Of a DNA stretch of 64,000 nucleotides, positions 24,113-36,100 are shown piece by piece. The notes under the pieces are model-generated. The model saw only the letters and a list, made by a program, of their open reading frames with translations, did no database searches and was not told the origin of the DNA. The stretch is from assembly GCA_030141605.1 (NCBI GenBank), contig JAQGDQ010000552.1, positions 62,001-126,000 of the forward strand. The letters are read 5' to 3'. This DNA comes from Tubiluchus corallicola (taxonomy: Eukaryota > Animalia > Priapulida). Each line of letters begins with the position of its first letter. Position 1 is the first letter of the stretch. The position numbers and the translations under genes were made by a program.

Positions 24113-27100
24113 GTTGGTTAACAATTTGGAGGAAGAAATTTTGGAAGGAGTTTACAATTCCGCACACATTTATAATACCCGAGCCCTGTCCCTAACTTTG
24201 ACACGACCCTGATCCTAATTTTAAGCCTAACCTAACTCTAACCCTAATCTGATTCACAAACTAATTTCTTGTGTGTGGGGAATTGTAAATTTTAACCGAA
24301 ATTTTTGCTTTGTGGCTGGACGTTTTGATATCGAAATTTCACATATTTTGCATTGGTGGTGGCAGATTGTTTTACAGTGATTATTAACACAAATTACGCC
24401 ATGCAGAATATTACTAGGGCTGCACAACGTATTGGTGTGCATCAGATAAGTTTTAAATGCGACGTATCTAACATTGATGTAAATTGTACATTTTGTAATG
24501 TATTTAGAATTAAGGTATTGGTATGGTGTGAGAATATTTATCAAAATAAGTGTAGTTTTATTTGTGGTTTCTTCTTGCATTATGTATTACAGTCAACCTC
24601 GGATATAAGCGACACTTCGGGACAGGAAAAATCGTCCCTTATATCCAATGTCCCTTGTAGCCGAAGTTGAGTCAGACCGAGGGTGTATCTAGCCCTGTAC
24701 TTTTACCCATATTTTTATGGATTATTGCTACACATTCAGTGCAAATGGTATGTAGGAAGCTCCTTCAGTGATGCGAGATGTATGTGACTGTGGAAACCGA
24801 GTCATTCGAAAGCCGGGTTTATGAAAAATTGAGGTTAAACATTTATCAGTTTCGTTTTGATCATAGGGTCCCTTACATGAGAGGTAATTTACCTGGGTTT
24901 CTGTTACGCGGGACCTGAAGATGTCGTCCCTTATAACCGAAAGTTTCTTATATCCGAGTTCCTTATATATGAAGATTTTTGCATAGGAAAAACGTTACAA
25001 AAAATCGGGACCGGTGTTGGTGATGCCTTATATGCGAGTACCTTATACGCGGAGGTTGACTGTATTTTATATTTTCAGTAAAATGGTGAAAATATGCAAT
25101 AATACATAATGCACGCAGCTATACGTAATGACAACATGTTTTCACAATGCGGGAAGCTTTAATTTGAATGTTTTTCTTTCGTTTCAGTGCCATTACGAGT
25201 GCAAGTGCTGTCTCCATAGCCATGGAGAAGATATCTGATGATCCAGATTTTCCATTTGTTCTGGAGTAAGTCCATGTTTGCCTAAACGTGGATTAAAATA
25301 ACCGTGTCAGATATGAGCTTATTGTGTGTTGTTTGTCTTTGCTGGTTTGTTTTTTCCGACAAGACCCTCATGCCGTATATGCGCCACTCCATTATCCGAA
25401 ACTGTCATATTTTTGATGGACTACCGTTCTCCTCATTAATCCGTTATTATCCGGGTTTATCATATGTGTGCTTGCATAGCAAAATCGTCCAAAAGTCGGC
25501 AATTAAGCTTTTCTAGTTATTCACATATCCTGAATCTCCATTTCATGAAGATAGTTTTGATACCAAGTTCATCACTCAATGTTATGTCTAAGCTGAGATA
25601 ATCCATGTTGAAGTTGAGGTGCAGGCTGCACACTGAAAAACATAATCTTGAGAAAATCACTGTTAAAGTCAGCCATTGTTTTTTGTCGCGTCTCTATAAT
25701 ACACTTGGCAACTGCACAAATGTTGGTTGCTGCGGACTTTGCAAGAACACATTGAAGTTATGTTTAAATCCAGTAGATGGCTCTTCCCGACGAAGATCTG
25801 TGCTCGGCAACAGAAAAAGCCTGAAGCAAAGTGACTGCTTCCATGACCTACTATCGGAGTTTAAAAATACAAGTTTTTTGAAATTGCATTAAAATTGCAT
25901 TACTAGTTTGTAGGCAGAGAATTGGGTATGGGGTTATATTTAGTATTTTTTGGACATTTTCTTGATAATTTAAAGCTAGAGTATAAAAGTCCAATATGTT
26001 TAGTGTTTGTTTTTATAAAAAACAAAAATTAACTTTAGACGAAAATTTTGGTGCAGTTTACTTTGAAGCATCATAACGTAGTTTTAACTTTGCCGACGTA
26101 CGGACGGTTTTGGTTTGCAAGCACACATATAATCATAATGTTTACATAAATGTGCTTATTAATGTGCTTTCTATCTTTTTAAACACACCTGGCACTAATT
26201 TCACTTACGATGTTTTTTCTTTTGTTCTAGTCTTGCTGTACGTGACAGCGCTTGCGACAGCAAGATGGCCAGCGGAAACGCTGCCGAACTTAGAGTACTT
26301 GAACACATTGATGTCTTCATTGGTCCTCCTTGTTCGAGAGGTAAGTCACTTTCCCCTAACAAGCCGCTTGTTATGCATATACAGTCAACCTCGGGTATAA
26401 GGTACTCACTTATAAGGGACACTCGCTTATACGGGACCACCAACACCGGTCCCGATTTTTTGTCACGTTTTTCCTGTGTAAAAATCTTTGTATGTACGGT
26501 ACTCGGATATAAGGGACTTTCGGTTATAAGGGACGATATCTTCAGGTCCCACGTAATAGAAACTCAGGTAAATTACCTCACATGTAAGGGACCCTATGAT
26601 CAAGGTGATATTGATCGATTTTTAACCTCAATTTTTTGCCTCAAACTCGACGTTCGAACAGCTCAATTTCTATGGTCACATACTTCTCGCATCACTGAAG
26701 GAGCTTCTTACATACTGTTTGCACTGAATGTGTAGCAATAATCCGTAAAAATATGGGTAAAAGTACAGAAAAGTACAGGTCTAGATACAGCCTCAGTCTG
26801 ACTCAACTTCGGCTATAAGGGACAGTTTTTTCCGGTCCCGAGGCGTCCCTTATATCCCAGGTTGACTGTATATTTGCTTGCATTTAAAATGGCTAAATAA
26901 CATCAATTATCATGTGCCGTTCATAATAATTGTCGTCTAATTTACTCTGATGTTTGTCTTGTTCATTTTTCTTAGCTGCCATGTTTGTTGGTGAACTTGC
27001 TGCAATCTGGAATGTTCCCATCATTTCCTGGGTAGCGACTGATCCCGTTTTTGCTGACAAGAACGTCTTCTCCACCATGGCTCGCACTTTGGGCTCATTT

Positions 27101-30100
27101 GATCGTTTGGGAGACTTTCTTTACGTCATTTTCAGGTAGCTTCCATGAGTTACTATTGAAATTTGAAAATACATGTTTTTTTTTCAATTGCAGTACTAGT
27201 TTCCAGACAGAAAAATGGATACGGGGTTATAAAATGGCTATGGGTTTTGTTTATGGTTTTGAATACATTATATAATGAAATACCCGATGTACACTTGAAA
27301 CAACGTTTTACGCTGACAAGCTGCTCTAATTAGTTTCAGCACCCCCCGATACCTGTGGGTCCTAGGCCTACTATACCTACTGGTAGATCCAACCCCGAAA
27401 ATGACTTTGGCTACTTCCAGTCAGAATCAGATTCGGTCAGTTCTGACCGTCCCGTTACAATGTGCTTTTGTTCTAGGAATTACGATTGGAACCGCATTGC
27501 TATCGTATCGTCAGAAGCCAGCCTGTGGACGTCCGTGACTCGTGCGGTGTCAAAGTCGTGCGCCGAGAACAACATAACCATAGTCAGTCATCGATCGTAC
27601 AACAGAGCTAACCGGTACAACATACGTTCCATTTTGGAAGAGGTCACTAGGATGGCTCGAAGTAAGAATTGAAGCCAAACATTCGTAAAGTGCAAGAAAA
27701 CGCTCTTCATTCATCAAAAGCTTAAAAAATTGACATTTTGTATTACTTTCTTGCTGTCTTATTGCATACAGGGCTTGCGTTTGCAGCAACGCTGTATAAA
27801 ACTTGTAAGTTTAAATTCCTGTGATGATTCTTAGATGCAGCCATTTTTACGGTAAATCGTTTGAAATAAGTTAATTTTGGCAACATTGCCTGAAGTTTGG
27901 AAAAATAATCAGAGATTTCTTAGCACACTCTTCGTTAACTAAGGAAAAATACAAATTGTTTTATATTGTCAGTTAAGCCAATAACGTGTTTTTTGGTGAA
28001 ACAGCGGTGCACGCTGGGATGGCGATGCAGACTGCAGTGCCGTTTTACCAGGTGATGCAAATATTTTAAATCATTAAGATTTTTCTTTTTTCTTTCAAGC
28101 AAGAAAAAGTTCTTTCTTTCATAAATGAATTAACAAAAGTGACTTGGATGCTTCAAACACAACTAGGTTATTTGAAGTTTTCATGAAAGATTGTAAGAAA
28201 CTGTTTAAAGCAAAACCAGGACCCAATCTTAAACTGTAGGTCAAAACAATCTACTCTTTAAAATATTGAAAGGAAACATACGATTTTTTCAAAAATCACT
28301 TATGTGAAAGAATGATTATCACACAAACACAATTTCACATTCGCGCCACTAGTTTTTCACTGTTACATGCATTTCGCCATTCGCCAGCTAGACGGGCACT
28401 AGCACCCACATTTCGGAAACGCATTGCATAAAAACAGGTGATGTACCGCTCAGTTCAGATGTGAAATACCAAGTAATATAGCTTTGTGAAGTTTTTTGGG
28501 GACATAGTTTAAAATTGGCCTTTCATTCCTTTTGAGAATTCTTAATTCTTGTAGAATGTGTTTTTAATGCTGGTAGCATGCTGTTTTAATGCTTTGCATG
28601 GATTTTCAAGGTTTTTATTGGGAAAAACCATTCAGGTGACTCAAAGTCAAAACTAGACATCCTTTGTAAATGGTTTTCTTGGTAAAATGGCTTCCTTCGT
28701 AAATGGCTTCATCAGTAAAAATGGTTTCTAATTTGTTTTTTAGTCATAAGTCATAAGTCATTTATTTCACCTTACACATTTACAATGGTTACATATACAA
28801 TATCTAGTGAAAGGGCCTACAATGAACATAGTACAAATAAGAAATACTGCACAGGAAAAGCCTCAAACACTGTTCACTTATATACGAATGTAAATGTGTT
28901 GCGGGCAATCAAAAAGCAGGGCTTGTTCGATTGTCCCACACAGTGATAGAAAAAAAGTAATGAAAATAATCTGAAAATTTAAAGTGAATCGTGATAAAAA
29001 ACATTAGTGTTTAAAATGGAATGATGTAATGAATGAAGCTCATATATGGGATGATATGAAAGATAGAAAGACTATTATTTGTTAATAGTATGTAAAATTA
29101 AGATAACTTTTTTGTCTTGCAGTTGTAATTCTCAGCGTTCCGAGTTCCGAGAAGAGATTCATCATGTTGACGGCTCACGACATGGGAATGACCGACGGCG
29201 ATTATGTCTTCTTCACCGTAGAAATGCTGCCGGAGGACAAAGCGCACGGTGCTTCATGGTCAGGCCACGACGGACGAAACAACGAAGCCAGAAAGGCATT
29301 TGAAGCCGTATTGCATGTAAGACTGGGCAGTTTCTTCCCAGATTAACTCAGTTTTTAACTGGTGTGTCAAGTTTATTTGACGTGTTAAATCATTTTTCGG
29401 CAAATGCATGAAACAGTATAAAGTAATGGAGCTGATGCTGTAGGACAGAAGAAATGCACTCATATATCGGTTCGCTGGACAAAAGTAGGGAGACGTTGCT
29501 CCGAATTTGCCGATTGTCCGAACTCACTATAATCACTTAGGCAACGGAGGTTTCCTATCTGCGTATTGCAGCGTGATGCGTATTCGGACGATAGTGATCA
29601 TGTTTGAATGAATATGGATCACGGATCACGCATTATACATTGTGTACAGATGGAAACACTTCTACACGTTTAAATACAAACTGTTGTTTATGCATTAAGT
29701 ATCACGCATCTTGCATTGCATACACATGCAGTCGTACTTTTATGCAACCAGGTTTCTTTGTAACCCTACATTTATTAACAAAAGATAATTTCCGTCAAAG
29801 ATTGAAATATGATTATAATGAAATCTGGTCCTTGGTTAATCTATCTGCATCTCTTCTGTTTCAATTTGTCTATCATAAATTAATAAGCATCTTAATTTCT
29901 TACATCCAATGCTTGTTGCTCGTGAGTAAGCCATTTCACAGTTCCATCGATTGATGATGATCGTGAAAAGGTCAAACGTTAAGTGTACCAGGCAAAGCAT
30001 TTGTGTACAATTGACAATGCCTCGCAGCCCATGCTATTGTAATATTAACAGTTTTAACAGCCAGAACCTTATCTAGTTCATTTCTTCTTGTTCCCAAGCA

Positions 30101-33100
30101 AGATTCTGCTACGCACTCTACGCACAGACTAATGCATATTTAAGTAGTCCACGTAAAACAACTGACATTACTGAATGGGCACTGCAGATGGCTTTGCTTT
30201 ACTCACATATCACGTGACGGCTGTAGTTAAGAGGTGTTGCTGTGGTACACTTAACCTTTGACCTGCACACGACGGAACTGTGGAAAGGCTTATTGTGACT
30301 TACTCACTAAGTCAGAATCTCTGTTTATGTTTCATTACCGTTACTATGATTTTGAGCTTCGTCTCGATTATCAGGTGAGCCTCGCTGCGATTTCTGGCCC
30401 CCAGGTGGATCTGTTTCGCCGCGACGTAGCTAAGAGAATGAGACAGCCGCCTTGGAATCAATACCTGCCCTCTGGCGTCGATATTGAACAACTCAGTCAT
30501 GTACGTATTCTACAGCGTAAGCAAACAAGAGCATTATTCATTAACGAGTTGCCTGTAAGCATGGATAAGTAAATTTTTCCGTATACCCCACACTGCACGT
30601 TATACATAGTGTATGTGGGTGTGACAGGATCGGAACATATTCATTATTATACGACTGCAAGTAGTGCAATTACGCACTTGCAGTGTTTTTTTCACTCGTC
30701 CCTAGATGGCAGACAATAAATAGTAACGCCAACTTTACCAATGCCCATTCCGGCAGCGTGAAGTTAGAAGCTACATCAGGACAATGAACATAGCAGCTAG
30801 GGGTGAGCATCGAACGTTCGAATTCAATTCGAACGAGTTTTTTAGTTTGAATTTGATTTGAATTCTAAATACCAACATTCGATTCGAATACGCTTTCTGG
30901 TAGAGAATCCTCAGCCCTAATAGCAGCTGTGTGTCACAAACACCATGGCAACCTGTTGTTCCAGCTAAGCTGTGGTTTGCTGCTGTGTGTCACAAACACC
31001 ATGGCAACCTATTGTTCCAGCTAAGCTGTGGTTTGCTGCTGCGTGTCACAAACACCATGGCAACCTATTGTTCCAGCTAAGCTGTGGTTTGCTGCTGCGT
31101 GTCACAAACACCATGGCAACCTATTGTTCCAGCTAAGCTGTGGTTTGCTGCTGCGTGTCACAAACACCATGGCAACCTATTGTTCCAGCTAAGCTGTGGC
31201 TTGCTGCTGTGTGTTGCAAACACCATGGCAACCTGTTGTTCCAGCTAAGCTGTGGCTTGCTGCTGTGTGAAATTTTACACACTTTTTTGCAAATATCATT
31301 TGTGCACAAAAAGTTTATGTCCTACATTTGCATAAATAACACGTTCCAGTTGGATATTTCATTAGCTATTTGAAGATGCTGGCTGTTTTTGTTTAAATAG
31401 GCAAATAATTTAATTACTTGAGTAAAATCTGGCAGTGCCGCATGAAAAACGCTTCATTTACTGAACAAAACACTTTATAAATTTACCGAAAACACACAAA
31501 ATCCAAAAATGATCTTGAAACAAAAATATCATCATTACAAAGCTTAGGAACCCCTCTTTATAGATGCATTGGCTGTTTTTACCTGCAAACACACATTGTA
31601 ACAAAATTAACACATATTGTGTAAAAAGTGAAATTCCTTCATGCCCAGCTTTATAAAATGTTATCATTGCAAAGCTGAAGAACCCTTCTCAATAGATCCA
31701 TTGGCTGTTTTTACCTGCAAACACTCATTGTAACAAAATTAACGATTATTGTGTAAAAGTGAAATTTCTCCATGACCAGCTTGATTAATAAGGTTCACAA
31801 GTTATTTGTTCATTATTAGTTTGTTTAATTGCTAATTGTTTTTTACCTAGGGTGACAGGTATGCAGGATTTCTTCATGATGCAGTTTACCTCTACGCCGT
31901 AGCCATAAACCAGACCCTCTCGAATGGAGAGAACCCCCGTAATGGATCAGCCGTCGCCGCTTACTTCAGAAGGCAGATTTTCAGGGGTATATTAATGATT
32001 GCACTCACAACTGTTAAAGCAAAAGCAGACCCAGTCTTGAACTGGAAGTTAAAATAATCTATTCCTTAAAATCTTGAAAGGAAACCTTGAAAGGAAAAGA
32101 ATTATTACCACACAAACACAATTTCACGTTCGCACCACTAGTTCATCGCTGTTACGTGCATTTCGTCGTTCGTTAGTTAGACGGGCACTATCGCCTGCAG
32201 TTCGGAAATGCGTTGCACAAAATCAGGTGCTGTACCTCTCAGTTCAGATGTGTTAGTTTGTGATGAACTACACATGTTTGACAGCTCATGCGCGCACAGC
32301 GGTAAATTTGAAATTTGCCTAGTTTTAGTACAACACACTGAATATCTTACAGTAGCACTGTACTTTTTCGCTTTCGCAAACACGTGCAACTCGCTCGTGG
32401 AATATTTTTGTTGGTGGAAATTATGTTAGTTTGTGATGTCATCAATAGTTGGGCTCGCCCGCCATTAATTAAGTTTACAATGTATTAAATGATTAGAAAC
32501 GCTTTTGGAGTATTAATTACGTTCCTTTTATCCTTTTTATCGAACTTGAAAATGGGGTAGTTTATGAAAAATCATCCTGTCCTTCGTTAAAGTTGTGACA
32601 AAAGCGGCTTAATGTGGCAACACACCTTGAACTTCTGTTAGTTTGAGACTCATTACTCCATTTTGTTTTATTTTTGACTCTCTTCTAGAAGCTGACTTCT
32701 GATTGTAATTCTTGAAATGTTGGAATCTCGTAACTGACCTGTATATTTGCAGGGATTACGGGAAGAGTCTACATGGATGACTTTGCAGACAGGCAACCGG
32801 AATTTTTGATTTTTGACCTCAAGGAGGACGGAAATTTTCACGTCATTTCTGAATATGTCACGCTGGACAATGGATCACAGGTGAGTTGGGAGCTGACACA
32901 CTGTTGACTAAAGTTGACCCAACTGCTAACAAAATCTAGCAGCAATCTTGCAAGATTTTTTCCTACGGTACAATTACAGTTGGTATTTTATTTATAATGA
33001 ATGTGTCATGCTGGACAACAGATCACAGGTGAGTTGGGAGCTGACACACTGTTGACTAAAGTTAATTATTCCTCAGCCTTGGATAATTTGTGTTGTCTTA

Positions 33101-36100
33101 GTGCTTTGAAAATGAAAACATTGTTCTGATCTAGTTGGGAAGAATCCGTGTAAGGTTGTGACGTTTTGAAATTAATGACGCTTTCTACTTATGCAACTCT
33201 TACTAGTAAATTGTTCGAAGATGTTGTTGCCCTGAGAAATAGTTATATTCGAATCTGTTTATTTTTAATAATGATGTATTACTTATACAACTAGGCAAAA
33301 TGATAAATTTCACAAGCCTAAATTCAAAACTGACGTTACAAAACACTCTTATAGATCTCTTCTTCAAAATCTCATTCCAACTATTGTAGACAATGAGGTA
33401 TCAACATTTATCAGAGTATTCTACCCACTCGTGGAGCTAACAGCGTAAGTTCTTCTACTCCTAAAGATAGATTTGGTTAAAGTTGTTGAACATCTTTATT
33501 TATCTTAGCTATCAAAGTGGTTTCTGGTTTGCCAGGTGGTTTTTTGCAATATTTTAAGGCTTCCTTTAAGGCGATGGTGCTTCATTTGGTAATCTTAGAA
33601 TATGTCTTAGCCATCTTAATCTTCGGACCTTGACTTTTGAACTCCCACAAATTTCTTTCGTTCTGGTGTATAAATCCTCATTTTTGATTATGTATGGCAA
33701 TCTTATTATTAAAACATTCCTTATAAATATCAAGGTGTCGTATTGCGAAATAATCTTCACAATCAAGAAACAAAAGCAAAATTCATTATGTGTTTTAAGA
33801 AACGAATACGACTACATTAAACTTCGACGTAATGTTCCTGTTTTTACTCACGCATGTGTAGATGTATTTGTATTGTACAATTATAAATGTTTTTATGATG
33901 TAACCAACTTTTTAAATTACTGTTTGTGTGCTTGCATAGCAAAAAATCGCCCATACGTTGGCAACTAAGCTTTTCCAGTTATTCACGTATCCTGAATCTC
34001 CATTTCATGAGGATCATTTTGATACCAAGTTCATCGCTCTATGTTATTTCTAAGCTGAAATAATCCACGTTGAAGTTGAGGTGCAGGCTGCACACTGAAA
34101 AACATAACCTTGAGAAAATCACTGTTAAAGGCAGCCATTGTTTTTTGTTGTGTGTCTACAAAACACTTAGCAACCGCACAAATGTTGGTTGCTACAGACT
34201 TTGCAAGAACACGTTAAAGTTATGCTTAAATCCAGTAGATGGTTCACTCTGACGAAGATCTGAACTTCGCAACAGAAAAAACCTGAAGCAAAATGACTAT
34301 CACCAACGAACTACAATCGGAGTTTGGAAATACAAGTTTTTTGCAATTGCTGTACTAGTTTTTAGGCAGAGAAGTGGGTATGGGGTTATAAAAGTAAAGT
34401 TTTAATATTTTTTGACACTTTCTTGATAGTTTTATGCTAGGATATAAAAGTCCAATATATTTAGCTTTTGTTAAAAAACAAAAAATTGACGTTTGACCAT
34501 CTTTGTGGTGCATTTTACTTTGAAGCCTCATAACGTAGTTTGAACTGGACGGTTTTGGTTTGCAAGCACACATTTGCATTTTGCACACTTTTACTCTTTT
34601 AATTAGAATTGCACCATTAGAATTTACTGGTTTTTACTGCCTTTACATTATGATAATTAATAGACAGATAAAATATTAGAACCTACAAGTCTGTACAGTC
34701 AACCCTCTTTAAACCGGACTAATTGGGGGGTCCGATTTATCCGATATGCCTATATATGGTCTATATTATACAGAAATAATCACCTTAATAAGGCCTATAT
34801 ACATTGCACTATATACTATACTGTATATTACTTTAAAATAGTTAACCTGTGGGGATAAAGAAATTAGCGAGTGCTTTCGATGGGGTAAGCAAACTGAATT
34901 TTTGCGGGAATCGTAGCAGAATGGGCGGCACCGCGAGCCGCTTCGGCCCGTACAGTGGCTCTGGGTGAGTTGGTAGGCCGTGTTGTGTTTAGCGCTCCGG
35001 CTCGGTCGGAAATCGGTCAGTTTCCTTTACCACGGATGACGTCCGTCTTATCTGATATCCGGGCTAACGGGGTCCGGTTTAACAAGGATCGACTGTATTG
35101 ATTTCAACATCCTTATTGCACCTAACAATTTGATAATTTTTAGTAGAATATAATTGTATTGTATCGTATAACGTGTCTGTTTGTAAATATGGAAATCAAA
35201 ATAAACAGTAAAAACATAATTATTCACTTACGCAGGAATCATATCCATTTTGCGAAAAGTGGCAGAAACACTAAAATGCGTTGAAGTTGTGTTCTGGTCA
35301 AATTCTGAACTTGACCGCTGCTTGACCACTTTTAAATGAAATTAGCCGATCGATACATATAACAAAGACCTTGCTGGTGTGTTGTTTATTACCAGGGATG
35401 TATTAACTAATAGGTTAACTAGGGTGCCAAAGTTTGAGGGGCATCACATTTTAGAAAAAAAATTCTTATTCTTGGAAAATGTATATAGCTTCATATTCAT
35501 GTAAAGGGTGCATTTCATAACACACTACAGGCAGTTACTGAGCTCAGCTTCTATATAATTGCCCCATAACGAACAGGTGCAAGGTATTACACAACAAACA
35601 GTTGCACAGCCTGCTTGAATATAAGCTCTATGCAAGTACTCGTAATTAATAATGTCCTCTTAGAAACTATGTTAATAGTGTTTCTAATAAGTGCACCACA
35701 AGTAATTGTTTGATCTGCCCATTACGTAATCAGTAATAAATTTAAAATAAAGACAGGCGAGGCAGAGCTATCAGCCTAAGGCTTCGTAAAGTTTTGATAC
35801 GCTCCCGTGCGTTATTTACATAGACATTACTTTGCTAAGACGAAGTGGTATGTTTCAGGCTTACCGGATGCTCGGCGAGCCCCAGTGGCCGAATCGCAAG
35901 ATTGGACGCCAGTTCGCACCACGGGACGTGCCGGTCTGCGGCTTCGACAACGATCTTTGCCCGGATGACAACAAGGTCTTGGAAATCATCATCATCATCA
36001 TTCTGTGCAGCGTCTTCATCTCAGTTTTTGTCATTGCCGGCACTCTTGTCTTCAGGTAAACTGGAAATTTTCATACTTCTATCTCACAATTATTATACTG

